DNA from: Deltaproteobacteria bacterium
GTDB lineage: Bacteria > Myxococcota_A > UBA9160 > SMWR01
DNA length: 64,000 bases
Direction: 5' to 3'
NCBI GenBank assembly: GCA_032128375.1
Contig: JAQBGU010000096.1
Span: 1-64,000 of the forward strand
The notes beneath the pieces were generated by a model. It saw nothing but the letters and a program-made list of their open reading frames with translations, did no database searches and was not told the DNA's origin. Below, one piece after another: positions 8,036 through 18,355 of the stretch. The translations under genes and the position numbers were made by a program. Numbering within the stretch: position 1 is the stretch's first letter; the number at the start of each line of letters is the position of its first letter.

Positions 8036-9391
8036 ATGGCTACACCGCAAGTCACCACGCGAATACTGAGACGGCTGCTCGCCAGCGGCGTCCACATGCG
8101 TGCAGAGCGATTGCTCGCGCGGATGGCACCCGCCGATGTCGCGATGTTGCTTCCCGAGCTCGCGCCCGACGAGCTTCGCACAGTCATCGAGCTGCTGTTC
8201 CGGCAGCACCGTGCGGCCCGTGCGCTCCGAGAACTCCCGCGCGAGATGCTCCCGCAGGTCTTCGAGGCGCTCGCCGACCAACGGCTCGCAGATGTCATCG
8301 GGCGTCTCGAAATCGACGATCTGCTCGAACTGGTCGAGTCGATTCCAGAAGAGCGCCGGGATTTCGTCATTGCGAAGCTGCCGGAGCACCGGCGGGCGGA
8401 ACTAGACAAGGCCGACCTCTACCCGGACGACAGTGCCGGTCGGGTCATGACCACGAGCTTTGTCGCACTCGACCAGAAGATGACCGCACAGGAAGCGATC
8501 GATTCCCTGCGCTCCAATCGGGACGACTCCGGTGAAGTGCTCTACTTGTATGTCGTCGATGATCAACGCGCTCTGACGGGAGTAGTCCCGATTCGCCGTT
8601 TGGTTTCTGCACCGCCGGATCGCTGCATCGCAGACATGATGATCCCGGAACCGGTCAGTGTCAGTGCCGAAGACGACCAGGAAGAAGTCGCTCGGGTCGT
8701 GCGCCGTTTCGACCTGCTGGCGGTCCCGGTGACGGATGTCGACGGTCGGATGCTCGGTTTGATCACCGTCGACGACGTCATCGACGTCATCACCGAGGAG
8801 GCAACCGAGGACATCTACCACCTCGCGGGCCTCACCGAGGCCGACCGCGTGTTTGTCGCCGCTCGCGAGTCGATCCTGAAGCGCCTGCCTTGGATGCTGC
8901 TGAACCTGGGTAGCGCGTTCGCGGCGGCGTGGGTGGTGGGTCTATTCGAGCGGACGCTTCAGCAGGCCGTCGCTCTCGCGATCTTCATGCCGATCGTGGC
9001 CGGCATGGGTGGCAACGGCGGCACGCAATCGCTGACGGTGATTACCCGGGCGATTGCGTTGGGCGAAATCGAGTTCTCCAGCGGAATGCGCGCTGCCATG
9101 AAGGAACTGTCGGTGGGACTGACGATCGGAATCATCGTCGGCGGAATCGGGGCGGGCATCTCCTACCTGTGGCAGGGCAACCCGATTCTCGGTATTTCGC
9201 TGTTCTTGGCGATGGTCTTGACTCTCTCTGTCGCCGGACTGCTGGGTGCCGCCGTCCCGCTTGGGCTCAAGGCACTGAATCTCGACCCGGCACTCGGCTC
9301 CGGTGTGATCGTGACAACCTTTACCGACGGGTTCGCATTTTTCTCATTCCTGGGTATCGCGACACTGCTGATGGATCGGGCAATTCTCTGA
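8036..9391 (+). CDS. mgtE: Magnesium transporter MgtE
   Basis: MgtE_N helical repeats, CBS pair (SAGRVMTT, LGLITVDDVID), TM domain with RLPWM, GMGGNGGTQS, DPALGSGVIVTTFTD. Confidence 0.95.
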   Translation: MATPQVTTRILRRLLASGVHMRAERLLARMAPADVAMLLPELAPDELRTVIELLFRQHRAARALRELPREMLPQVFEALADQRLADVIGRLEIDDLLELVESIPEERRDFVIAKLPEHRRAELDKADLYPDDSAGRVMTTSFVALDQKMTAQEAIDSLRSNRDDSGEVLYLYVVDDQRALTGVVPIRRLVSAPPDRCIADMMIPEPVSVSAEDDQEEVARVVRRFDLLAVPVTDVDGRMLGLITVDDVIDVITEEATEDIYHLAGLTEADRVFVAARESILKRLPWMLLNLGSAFAAAWVVGLFERTLQQAVALAIFMPIVAGMGGNGGTQSLTVITRAIALGEIEFSSGMRAAMKELSVGLTIGIIVGGIGAGISYLWQGNPILGISLFLAMVLTLSVAGLLGAAVPLGLKALNLDPALGSGVIVTTFTDGFAFFSFLGIATLLMDRAIL

Positions 9392-9397
9392 GAGGCA

Positions 9398-9418
9398 GTG
9401 CGCTCTGCGCACCTTTTG
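9398..9418 (+). terminator. Weak candidate intrinsic terminator after mgtE
   Basis: GTGCGC-TCT-GCGCAC hairpin followed by CTTTTG; short stem and short U tract. Confidence 0.3.
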
Positions 9419-9467
9419 AATTCCACTTCGTTCTGGGAGGCGACTTGTGAATTTGCGAACCCCGATT

Positions 9468-11177
9468 TCATTGAAGGTCAGTCTTCCCTTTGGCGCGCGA
9501 GAGTGAATCACCGGTATTCGGATCTCCCGCGGCCGGGCGTGGGCGCAACAAGAAGATCGTGTCGCTGACGTGGGAACTCGGCGCGAACGCGTAAACGCCC
9601 CAGCGGTTGCTGTAGAAGCCCGCGCGGTGTTCGAACGACAGGATCGCAAACGGTCCGGGGTAGCTCAGTTCCCAGCTCTTCACGACGTCACCCGCAGGCC
9701 GATGGGTTTCGAAATCCGGCGGCACCGCCGCACTCACCAGCAGCTGGTCATCGGGGTCGAGTTCTGCGCCCCGGTACCGGAGCAACCCGGCCCGCTCGGA
9801 GTAGTAGCGCAAACCCCATTGCGCATTGTAGAACGTCTGACCGCTGGACGGCTGGCGGTCGCTAAAGTCGCCATCGATGAACTCGCGGTACATATTCGCC
9901 CAACGGTAGTCGCTCAGCGCGACGCCGATACCCGTCGCACCACCCACCACACACGAAAGCCACAGCACGATCACACCCGTCCCACGCCAGCGACCCCGCA
10001 ACTCACTGAGCCCATCGAGCAAGAGTAAGATCGCCGCAGGGAGTGGAAGCAGCAGGTACTTCACTGCCACGTGCTCGTAGCGTACCGTCGCAAACGTTGT
10101 GGCGATCAACGTCAGCGCGAGCACCCAGCGCAGTGCCGTCCCGGCATCGGGCGCGGCGAATCGATCCGGTATCCCCGACGCGAGGCGCAGCGCCGAATCG
10201 CCCACCAGTGCCAGTCCCGGCCACGCGAACAGCAGCGCCGCAAGCGCCAGATTCTGCCGGCCGCCGAGTCCGAACACGCCCACTCCGGCGGCTACCACAC
10301 CCGAAATCAACACGACAACAGTCGATCTGCCTCCCCGCGCCCCGATCGCCAGCAACACCAGACCGGTCGCCGGAAACTGTGCCCCCAGAAACGTGAGTTC
10401 ATTGAATGCGAAATACACGTCACGGAGCCAACTCGAATCGCTGGTCCAGCGAAACAGCGAACTGATGAAGTGCGGGCGACCCGCGATCGCGAAGCTCGCG
10501 GTTTCAGATGCAGCTACCAGCGACAGCGCGACCGCAATCGGAATGTACGAGCGCATGCGCCAATCTCGACGCAACAGCGGGTACAGCAGCAGCGAACCGA
10601 CGGCAAACAGCGCGGTGAAGCGGGTGAGAAACGCGAACCCACCGAGCACACCCGAAAGCCACGCATCTCGTCCGTTTTGTTCTTCGACCGCCGGCACCAA
10701 TCGGTCCAGCGCCGCAACGCTCAGTGCCATCGCGGCGAGATCCGGCATGATCGTCGAGCCCATCACCAGAAAGCCGCAGCTTCCAGCCATCAACACACAG
10801 GCCGCCAGCGGCGGAACGCGAAGTCGTTTTGCCAGACCGCGGAGCCCCGCCAGTGCCAGCAACCCGAACGCGAACGTCAACGAGTGCATCGCCACTTCGG
10901 ATTCGCCAAACACCGCTCGCACGCCAGCGAGCAGGTACTGCCACAGCAGTGGGTGCGGGAAGTCGATGATCGCGATCCGCATCGAATCCCACTCGAACAC
11001 CTGGACAAACGGGTCGAATGGGTGTTCGGAAATCAAGCGGGCATAGATCAGGAACTGCGTGTCGTCGATGTGAAAGGCCTTGTCGAGCCAGGGCAACAGC
11101 GCGAGCGCCGGCATGAGGCACACCCACACCGGATGGTCCCGCTCCAACCAACTCCGGGCACCGGACATCAATGACAC
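9468..11177 (-). CDS. GT-C fold membrane glycosyltransferase (GT39/ArnT/PMT-like)
   Basis: First-loop acidic motif FHIDD, HPLL, about 12 hydrophobic segments, soluble C-terminal domain with QWGLRYY and AGFYS. Paralogue of 34882..36585. Confidence 0.75.
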   Translation of the reverse strand: MSLMSGARSWLERDHPVWVCLMPALALLPWLDKAFHIDDTQFLIYARLISEHPFDPFVQVFEWDSMRIAIIDFPHPLLWQYLLAGVRAVFGESEVAMHSLTFAFGLLALAGLRGLAKRLRVPPLAACVLMAGSCGFLVMGSTIMPDLAAMALSVAALDRLVPAVEEQNGRDAWLSGVLGGFAFLTRFTALFAVGSLLLYPLLRRDWRMRSYIPIAVALSLVAASETASFAIAGRPHFISSLFRWTSDSSWLRDVYFAFNELTFLGAQFPATGLVLLAIGARGGRSTVVVLISGVVAAGVGVFGLGGRQNLALAALLFAWPGLALVGDSALRLASGIPDRFAAPDAGTALRWVLALTLIATTFATVRYEHVAVKYLLLPLPAAILLLLDGLSELRGRWRGTGVIVLWLSCVVGGATGIGVALSDYRWANMYREFIDGDFSDRQPSSGQTFYNAQWGLRYYSERAGLLRYRGAELDPDDQLLVSAAVPPDFETHRPAGDVVKSWELSYPGPFAILSFEHRAGFYSNRWGVYAFAPSSHVSDTIFLLRPRPAAGDPNTGDSLSRAKGKTDLQ

Positions 11178-11304
11178 GCCGGCGCAGCGTAGGACCCCGC
11201 TCGCCAGGTTGCCAGGTCCGCCCGCAGATCAGCACAAACTGCTATGGGTAGCCGCGGCGAGTGCCGCGAGCCCAAGCAGCGTGCGGGCTCGATGTGGCGA
11301 AAGG

Positions 11305-12600
11305 ATGCGGCCCGTGACCACGGAATCGAAGCGAAACCGTCGAGCCGGCACGATCTGGTTGGCTGTTCTGGCCCTGTTCGCGGCTGTGAACGTCGCGCGG
11401 GTGACGCTATCCAGCGTCGGACATGACTTCTTCCAGTTCTGGTCGATCGGCCAGGCATCTGGGCGTGATACGCCCGTCGATCTGTACGCGAGGGCGACTT
11501 CCAGAGCCATCTCCGAACGAGCCATGAGACAGGTTTCGGGACCCCACGGCTCACAACGTGGCCGCCGCGCCGCGGCGATCAATCAACGACTCTATCCGGA
11601 CGGCGTCGATCCGATCTCCACGCCGACCTACTACTCGGTCTTCGCGGCGCTGAGCACCGGAGATTACGACGCGAATCTCTTGGGCTTTCAGCTTTCTTCG
11701 ACCGTGATGCTGTTGATCGCCGGATGGTTCCTATGCCGCCGCATGGGTTATACACCCATCTCCACGACCCTGGCGCTGACCGTGCTGATGCTCGTGTATG
11801 GCCCTCTGCACGCGGACATCCAAACCGGCAACACGAATCGGTTACAGCTCGCGTTGCTCGCCGGAACCTTGGCATTACACCATATCGGATCACAGAAGGT
11901 AATCAAAGTTTTTGCCGGCGCCCTGCTCGGCGGTTTGATCGCGCTGAAGCCGAATCTCGCAAGCATCCCGTTTTTCCTGGCCGCAGTGTGGATGACCGAT
12001 CGGCGCTTTGCCGAGCTGCGCGCCGCGGCCATTGGATGGCTGCTGGGCGCCGGATTGGCGGTCACAATCGGCAGTCTGACGTTTTCGTGGGAATCATGGA
12101 GCCAGTGGATTTCTGCCCTTGCGGTGTACCAGAAGAACCCGGCTCCGGTCTCCCAGAGCAATTGGAGTTCGGCGCGATTGATCTTCGAGTGGACCGGAGC
12201 CGACCTGTCGCTGCTGCTGGGACTTTCGCTGCTGGCTTGCGCGGCAACATGCGCCTGGTGGGGACGGTCGCGGGCAGCCGGCACTCCCCGCGTCGATCGG
12301 GACATCGCAGCAGTGGGCAGCGCGCTACTCGTGCCGTTGATTGCGTCACAGATTGCATGGGATCACTACTTCGTGCTCGCAGTACCAGCGCTGATCGTCT
12401 CGTTGCGCCCGACGCGTGCTGCCCTGGCGCGTCAGATCGCCGCCGCCGCCGTCCTATGCGCCTGTGCGGTGTCGCCGCTGAGAATCGCGTGGCCCGAGAT
12501 CGGGCCACTGGAACTCGCGATGAGCCTATCGGTGGGGATCGGCGGCTTGTTTGCACTTTCGATGCGGGAGCTGATCCATCCGTCGCCGACCGACCCCTGA
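11305..12600 (+). CDS. GT87/DUF2029-family membrane glycosyltransferase (GT-C)
   Basis: HDFFQFW after TM1, GNTN, ALKP and AWDHY motifs typical of GT87; multi-pass membrane protein; ATG at 11305. Confidence 0.75.
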   Translation: MRPVTTESKRNRRAGTIWLAVLALFAAVNVARVTLSSVGHDFFQFWSIGQASGRDTPVDLYARATSRAISERAMRQVSGPHGSQRGRRAAAINQRLYPDGVDPISTPTYYSVFAALSTGDYDANLLGFQLSSTVMLLIAGWFLCRRMGYTPISTTLALTVLMLVYGPLHADIQTGNTNRLQLALLAGTLALHHIGSQKVIKVFAGALLGGLIALKPNLASIPFFLAAVWMTDRRFAELRAAAIGWLLGAGLAVTIGSLTFSWESWSQWISALAVYQKNPAPVSQSNWSSARLIFEWTGADLSLLLGLSLLACAATCAWWGRSRAAGTPRVDRDIAAVGSALLVPLIASQIAWDHYFVLAVPALIVSLRPTRAALARQIAAAAVLCACAVSPLRIAWPEIGPLELAMSLSVGIGGLFALSMRELIHPSPTDP

Positions 12601-12762
12601 GGGCTCCACATCTCGGTCGCCCTACCCCGCGTCGATCGCAGCCCCGAAGAGATCTCTGCAGATTTTGTTCTGGGTGTTCAACCCACGATCGGATGTTCGT
12701 CCGAAAGAAACAGCGGCGACTGTGTCAGATCAGTGAAGCGCCGTTCACCATGGATTCACTTC

Positions 12763-13467
12763 TCAGTCCGCCACTGCGTAGGTCGACTCCAGATATTCGA
12801 CGATTTCTTCGGATTCAAACATTTCGGTGTTGGTATTCGGGTCGACCAGATAGGGGACCATGAGCTTGTCGGCGCGAGCCAGGAGCGCTGCGCGCTGGTC
12901 ACTGCCCTTGGCGACGTTTCGCAGGCGATACGGGAGTTCCAGGCTGCATAGCGCCTCGCGAACAATGCGACAGAACGGAGACGCCTCGTAGCTGTACAAC
13001 TCGAGGGGCTTGTCCGGTACGCGCGCAGCGCGGTAGAGACGACCCGAAGCGAACGGTCGGGTGAGAGATGCGAGCATCGTCGTCACATCGTTGAGCGGCC
13101 CCGCAGACAGCAACATCGGAATGGGTCCGTCACCGTAGGTAGCGAACAGATAACTCACGATGTCATCCGATTCGTACATTTCCTTGCCAGTATTGGAATC
13201 GATCAGGTAGGGAAACTGCGCCTTACCGCCCCGCTCGGTCAACTCCTGGCGGTAGCGGGGTCCCTGTTTGGGACAGGGATAAATCATCGCGTCCAAGTCG
13301 AGGACCGACAGTGCCTCGCGAACCTTGCGGCAGTACGGGCAGTTCTCGAACTCGTAAATCTGGAGCAGCTCCACCGGCCGGTTTCCGCGAGATCCGACGC
13401 TCGCGCCAGAACCGAGGCGGGCCAATGTACTCGCGATGGATGTCCCCACGTCGATATAGCGATTCAA
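12763..13467 (-). CDS. Tandem glutaredoxin/GST N-terminal domain protein
   Basis: Two repeats: YEFENCPYCRKVRE...QFPYLIDSNT..MYESDDI and YSYEASPFCRIVRE...VPYLVDPNT..MFESEEI. SD AAGGAGG before TTG at 13467. Confidence 0.85.
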   Translation of the reverse strand: MNRYIDVGTSIASTLARLGSGASVGSRGNRPVELLQIYEFENCPYCRKVREALSVLDLDAMIYPCPKQGPRYRQELTERGGKAQFPYLIDSNTGKEMYESDDIVSYLFATYGDGPIPMLLSAGPLNDVTTMLASLTRPFASGRLYRAARVPDKPLELYSYEASPFCRIVREALCSLELPYRLRNVAKGSDQRAALLARADKLMVPYLVDPNTNTEMFESEEIVEYLESTYAVAD

Positions 13468-13601
13468 CCTGTCCTCCTTGCCCGTCCCCGGGCGACCATC
13501 CGGTATCCTACCCGCTCGGGCGTCCCCGTCGCAGTACTTGCAGGCTGCGGAAAAGCGCCTCGCATCGACCTGCACCGATCTTCGAAGTATCTCCTGACCG
13601 G

Positions 13602-14981
13602 CTAGAAAAACCCTTCGATCAGCATGAAGCCCAACGGCTCCAACGATCCGTACTCGCTGCGCCGCCGCCCCGTTGGGAACTGCCCGCCGACTACGACCTC
13701 CAACCAATCGCGTGGAGTGAAGCGCAACGTTGGATAGAAATTGGCACTCTTGCCCTGCCAATCGATGAGAGTGACCCAATCGAATCGGATTTCCGGCGTC
13801 ACGTCGTAGCCGAGTTGCAGACCCGTCAGATGTTCGGACCGCGTGATCACCCGGCTGCCACCAAAAACGTCCGGCGAGGTCGTTGTAACGAACGGACCGG
13901 TGACACCAGCGGGTCCCCGATCGGTAGCCTCGAACAGTGGCAGCAATGGTCCGGCCCTGCCTCTGCCGAAACCCAGCGCGTTGCCGTTGTACAGGTACTC
14001 CACGAGCCCGTAGAGCCCAGTGCCGATATCGAACAAATAGTCGATAGACGCCACCACTTGAACGAAATGCGCGAGTTCATTCGGCCGGCTGCGCTCGATG
14101 GGCCACACATCCCGCTCGGGGTCGGTGTAGACGAATTCCAAGCGCGCAGCAGCATCGCCGAGATTGCCCGCGAGATCGACCCCGGCAGTCCAGGCTTCTT
14201 CGAAAACCCCCGCGACCACCGAATAGTCGATATCGGCCGCGACGCCGTGTAACCGCAGCGCGTAGCTTCGATCGTCGGCGATCTTCCCCGGTGCCAAAAC
14301 GCCTTCGACGAACGTGAATCCCGAAAACAAGAAGCGCACGTCGACCGCGTCGACCCCCGCGCTCTGACTCGGCTGGAGAGCGAGTGGAGGGATCGCGTTG
14401 AACCGATCGATCGGGTTCCACAGACGGCCGACACCCCATGGAATTCGCTGCCGCCCGACCGTGGCTTCGACGTGTTCCGATTCGAACTGTACGAAGCCGC
14501 GATACAACACGTGCCGCCAGTTTGCATAGGGGTCAGAGACAATCGTCTGCTCTGCGCCGAGAAAGCTCGATCGACCCACAGTACCGGCCAACTCTGAACC
14601 GAGACCTTCGAGACGCCCGACCAGCAAATCGTGATCGTACTCGGCGACTGCAGACCAGTGCTCGTCGAGGCGAACCTCGAGCTTGGTTCGCAGCCGAGTC
14701 AATGCGACGGGTACGAACCAGTCGCCCACTTCATCGAATCCGCGACAATCGGCGAAGGTGGAGGCCAATAAGCAATTCAGATCTCCGGTCGATGCCTCGA
14801 GAAAACCGTCAGCATCAGTACCCTGGGTGAGCACAATCTGCTCGAGGAGGGATCCGCCAAAGTCGATCGAGGCCTCGCCTCGGCGCCACAATTCGCGCGC
14901 TTGGCCGGCTTCTGCGACCACCACGGTGGCGATCCAGCACAACCAGACGACACACAACCTTGTCGCCTCCACGAATGTCAC
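13602..14981 (-). CDS. Exported, probably outer-membrane beta-barrel protein of the ABC export cluster
   Basis: Signal peptide, GRQRIPWGVGRLWNPID motif, C-terminal Phe; 4-nt overlap with the upstream ATPase. Confidence 0.65.
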   Translation of the reverse strand: MTFVEATRLCVVWLCWIATVVVAEAGQARELWRRGEASIDFGGSLLEQIVLTQGTDADGFLEASTGDLNCLLASTFADCRGFDEVGDWFVPVALTRLRTKLEVRLDEHWSAVAEYDHDLLVGRLEGLGSELAGTVGRSSFLGAEQTIVSDPYANWRHVLYRGFVQFESEHVEATVGRQRIPWGVGRLWNPIDRFNAIPPLALQPSQSAGVDAVDVRFLFSGFTFVEGVLAPGKIADDRSYALRLHGVAADIDYSVVAGVFEEAWTAGVDLAGNLGDAAARLEFVYTDPERDVWPIERSRPNELAHFVQVVASIDYLFDIGTGLYGLVEYLYNGNALGFGRGRAGPLLPLFEATDRGPAGVTGPFVTTTSPDVFGGSRVITRSEHLTGLQLGYDVTPEIRFDWVTLIDWQGKSANFYPTLRFTPRDWLEVVVGGQFPTGRRRSEYGSLEPLGFMLIEGFF

Positions 14982-15664
14982 CAGGCTCGCTCATCTCCGA
15001 CGATCTTTCCGTCCGCCAGACGGATGGTTCGACGCGCTCGCTCGATGACGCGGATGTCGTGGGTCGAGAACAGAAATGTGACACCGCGATCGGCGTTCAA
15101 GCGCGCCATCAGATCCAGCAGCTTCCCGGCGGTCGCCGAATCCAGATTCGCCGTGGGCTCGTCCGCTAACACGATTCGGGGTCGGCTCGCGATGGCACGC
15201 GCGACTGCGACCCGCTGTTGCTGGCCACCGCTCATCTCGAGCGGGCGCTTGTCGCCCATTTCGGCGATTCCGACCTCTTCGAGCAGTTCATTTGCTCGGG
15301 CGCGCCGTTCGTTCTTCGAGACCGCCTGGAGTTCCATCACGAACTCGATGTTCTCACGAGCCGACAGCACCTGTATCAAGTTGTAGGCCTGAAAAACAAA
15401 ACCCAGCTTGTGCAGACGCAGCTCGGACAGCGCGGCCGCTGACAGATTTCCGAGCCGTTGGCCGTCCAGCATGACCTCGCCAGAACTCGGCTCGTCCAGC
15501 GCTCCGAACAAGTTGAGGAGTGTCGTCTTGCCAGATCCGCTGGGTCCCGCCAGCACCGAGAACTCGCCCTCTTCGATACTCAGGTCGACGCCGAGCAGTG
15601 CCGGTGCCTCGACGCCTCGGGTCACATAGGTCTTGTAGACGCCCTGTGCTTCCAAAATCGACAT
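14978..15664 (-). CDS. ABC transporter ATP-binding protein, LolD/MacB type
   Basis: GPSGSGKT, GFVFQAYNL, MSGGQQQRVAVARA, LADEPTANLD. Confidence 0.93.
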   Translation of the reverse strand: MSILEAQGVYKTYVTRGVEAPALLGVDLSIEEGEFSVLAGPSGSGKTTLLNLFGALDEPSSGEVMLDGQRLGNLSAAALSELRLHKLGFVFQAYNLIQVLSARENIEFVMELQAVSKNERRARANELLEEVGIAEMGDKRPLEMSGGQQQRVAVARAIASRPRIVLADEPTANLDSATAGKLLDLMARLNADRGVTFLFSTHDIRVIERARRTIRLADGKIVGDERAW

Positions 15665-15741
15665 GGCTCTCTCACCATTTCCCTATCGGCCCCTGCCAGT
15701 TGCCAGGCTTCAGCTGAGAGTCCGTCGTGGATTCTCTCGCC

Positions 15742-16956
15742 CTAAACATGGCGCACAGCCTCCGCCGGGCGAAACTGCGTAGCGCGATAGGCGGGCCAAC
15801 CGCTCGCGACGGCCGCCGTCAGAAACGCCACCACGGTTGGAACAACGAAATCTTCCGTGCGCAGAACCGGTTTGATGCGCTGTCCAACGCCGAAAGACTC
15901 CAAGCCAGCGGCGAACGAACTCAGATCGATTCCCTCTTGCAACCCCGCGAGAACCGCCAACGCGAGTCCAAAACCGATTGCGAGACCCATCAGGGTGACG
16001 ATCAGCGACTCGTACACGATCGACATCGCCAACCGGCTGCGCGGCATGCCAATCGCCATCAAGATCCCGATCTCGCGAACGCGCTCATAGATCGTCATCA
16101 ACAACACGTTGGCGATCCCGAACAACATGGCGATGAACACAGCGCCGTAGATGATGTATCCCATCTGATCGAATACCGCGACCATGTAATCCAAGACCGG
16201 CTGAAGCTCCTTCCAGCTCCGCACCTCGAGTCCAGCGAGGCTCGACGCGAGTGAATCGCGCAACCGATCGACACCGGTGCCGTCCTTTCCAACAATCACG
16301 ATCTCTGAAATCGCGCCTTCCAATGCCAGCAGGGCCTGGCTTTCGGCGAGTGGAAGAAACAGAGTCCCAGAGTCGAGCACGGCCGATGGGGTGTGAAAGA
16401 TGCCGCCCACGCGGACGCCTGCGCCCGTGATGTCTCCCGACATGTCCGTCACAGACAAGACGATCTTGTCGCCGACTTCGACGTGAAGCCTCCGCGCCAA
16501 CCGCTCACCGATGATGACCCGACGCTTGGTGCCATCGAGGTAGCGGCCCGAAGTCATCGAATCGGCGACGATCGAGATGTCCGACTCATTCTCCGGTTCG
16601 ACCCCAACGACGCGCACACCGACACTCGCCTGCGCCGATGTAACGAGCCCTTCCCCGCGCACGCGGCGCGCGAACGCCTGTACATCGCGATTGCCCTCGA
16701 GGATCTGACCCGATCGTTCCCCACCGTCTCGCATCCGAACCCGCAGTTCGGGGCTCGCATCGTAACCCTGCGCGTGGATCTGGAGATGCCCGAGCTCGGT
16801 ACCGATCGCCGTTTCGACCATCTGCACGACGATCCCGTAGTTGAAAGCCATCGCGATCAACGCTCCAGCGATTCCCACCGCAACCGCCGTCACGAGCACG
16901 GCGGAACGACGCGGATTGCGCCATACGTTGCGCCACGCGATGCGCAGGCTCATCAC
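15742..16956 (-). CDS. ABC transporter permease, LolC/E-FtsX family
   Basis: IAWRNVWRNPRRS, periplasmic MacB-like domain, ERVREIGILMAIG, PAYRA..RPAEAVR. Confidence 0.9.
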   Translation of the reverse strand: MMSLRIAWRNVWRNPRRSAVLVTAVAVGIAGALIAMAFNYGIVVQMVETAIGTELGHLQIHAQGYDASPELRVRMRDGGERSGQILEGNRDVQAFARRVRGEGLVTSAQASVGVRVVGVEPENESDISIVADSMTSGRYLDGTKRRVIIGERLARRLHVEVGDKIVLSVTDMSGDITGAGVRVGGIFHTPSAVLDSGTLFLPLAESQALLALEGAISEIVIVGKDGTGVDRLRDSLASSLAGLEVRSWKELQPVLDYMVAVFDQMGYIIYGAVFIAMLFGIANVLLMTIYERVREIGILMAIGMPRSRLAMSIVYESLIVTLMGLAIGFGLALAVLAGLQEGIDLSSFAAGLESFGVGQRIKPVLRTEDFVVPTVVAFLTAAVASGWPAYRATQFRPAEAVRHV

Positions 16957-16957
16957 G

Positions 16958-18187
16958 TCACAGGCTCCGAAGCACGTCGATCGGGCGGCCTCGGCTGGCC
17001 TTCACTGCCGGATAGAACGCCGCCACCACCGCCAGCGCGAGAATCGTCAACGCGGAGCCGATCGGGTTCAGTGGCTTGAGCTTGAAAGTCATCACCGGCT
17101 CCGCGCCAAAGAGTTCCATCACATCCGTCATCCCGCCGGTGAGCGGAATCGGGTTGGCCTCGAAGTACAGAAGCATCGGAAGCGAGATTGCGAGCCCGAT
17201 CATCAATCCGACACCCGCCAACATCACAGATTCGAAATAGACAATTCGAAATACCGCGCGAGGACGCAACCCCAAAGCCAGAACCACGCCGAACTCCTTG
17301 CGTCGCTCGAGCACGGCCATCAATACGGTGTTCAGAATTCCGAAGCCCACCACCACAACGACGATGAACACGGTGATGTACATCCCGGCGTCGTCGAGCA
17401 GAATGAATTGCACCAATTCGGGCATCAGTTCGTCCCAGGTGTTGATTTCCCATGGAGAGGCGATTAGCAGGCTTGTCTCCAGCTCCTGGCGGACTGAGGC
17501 GGCACTGTCCGCATCGTCGGTAAGGATCGCGATTTCGCTGACGCGATCACCGTACACAAAGAAATCCTGCGCGTCGGCCAGCGAGATGATCGCCAGGTTT
17601 GCATCCAGATTCAGATCCGGAAGCCGCATCACACCGACGACATCGAACAGTTCATACGCGGTCTCGAGCGAGTAGGCGACCGAGTACAGCAGCAGGCTGT
17701 CACCGACTTCCGCCGACAACTTCGCGGCCAAGCGCTGCCCGATCACGATCTCGTGGTGTCCGCCGACACTCACGAACGAACCCGACCGCACCCGCTCCGA
17801 GAGCTTCGATACGGAATTTTCCAAAGAGGGGTCGACCCCGAGCACCGCAACTCCGCTGGTCGACGTTCCCTTCGCCAACAACGCGAAATTCTGGACCCGC
17901 GGCGCATAGCCTCTCACCCCCTCGGTGTCTCGAACGCGCTGCTCGATTTCGCTGCCGAAGTAGACGAATTGCTCCAGCGTCCGGTTCTGGAGGTATCCCT
18001 CCCCCGTCACCGCCAGGTGGCCAGACGCGTATCGGACCGCATCTTCAATCATCTTCTCGTGGACACCCGCGGCCATTCCCACCGACATGACTACGAGCAC
18101 GACCGCAAATACGGTCGCAGCAACCGTCAATCCCGTGCGACGCGGGTTGCGCCAGACGTTGCGCCAGGCGAGTCGGAATTCCAGCAC
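16958..18187 (-). CDS. ABC transporter permease, LolC/E-FtsX family
   Basis: LAWRNVWRNPRRT, ERRKEFGVVLALG, YPAVKASRGRPIDVLR; GTG start at 18187. Confidence 0.9.
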   Translation of the reverse strand: MLEFRLAWRNVWRNPRRTGLTVAATVFAVVLVVMSVGMAAGVHEKMIEDAVRYASGHLAVTGEGYLQNRTLEQFVYFGSEIEQRVRDTEGVRGYAPRVQNFALLAKGTSTSGVAVLGVDPSLENSVSKLSERVRSGSFVSVGGHHEIVIGQRLAAKLSAEVGDSLLLYSVAYSLETAYELFDVVGVMRLPDLNLDANLAIISLADAQDFFVYGDRVSEIAILTDDADSAASVRQELETSLLIASPWEINTWDELMPELVQFILLDDAGMYITVFIVVVVVGFGILNTVLMAVLERRKEFGVVLALGLRPRAVFRIVYFESVMLAGVGLMIGLAISLPMLLYFEANPIPLTGGMTDVMELFGAEPVMTFKLKPLNPIGSALTILALAVVAAFYPAVKASRGRPIDVLRSL

Positions 18188-18355
18188 GCTAGCCCGCTGG
18201 CCCGGCAGTTCGGCGAGCACCGACCGGGTAAGATCGGTCCCCTGGCCGAGGCCAGTGCGTCATCGAGCCTCTTCGCCGATCGACGCCAGCGAAACCACAA
18301 GCCCGGATCTGGGGTCGAACCCTGTCGAACCCCACCGAGCTTCCGAGGCTGGACA

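Noticed and set aside
14978..18187. Naming the ABC genes lolC/lolD/lolE
   Set aside because: Family membership is clear, but the linked LolA-like and barrel genes suggest a paralogous system, so no symbols were assigned.
18311..18333. GTCGAACCC direct repeat / imperfect hairpin between the LolA-like and permease genes
   Set aside because: Only two short copies and not noticed in other spacers; not enough for a REP or terminator call.
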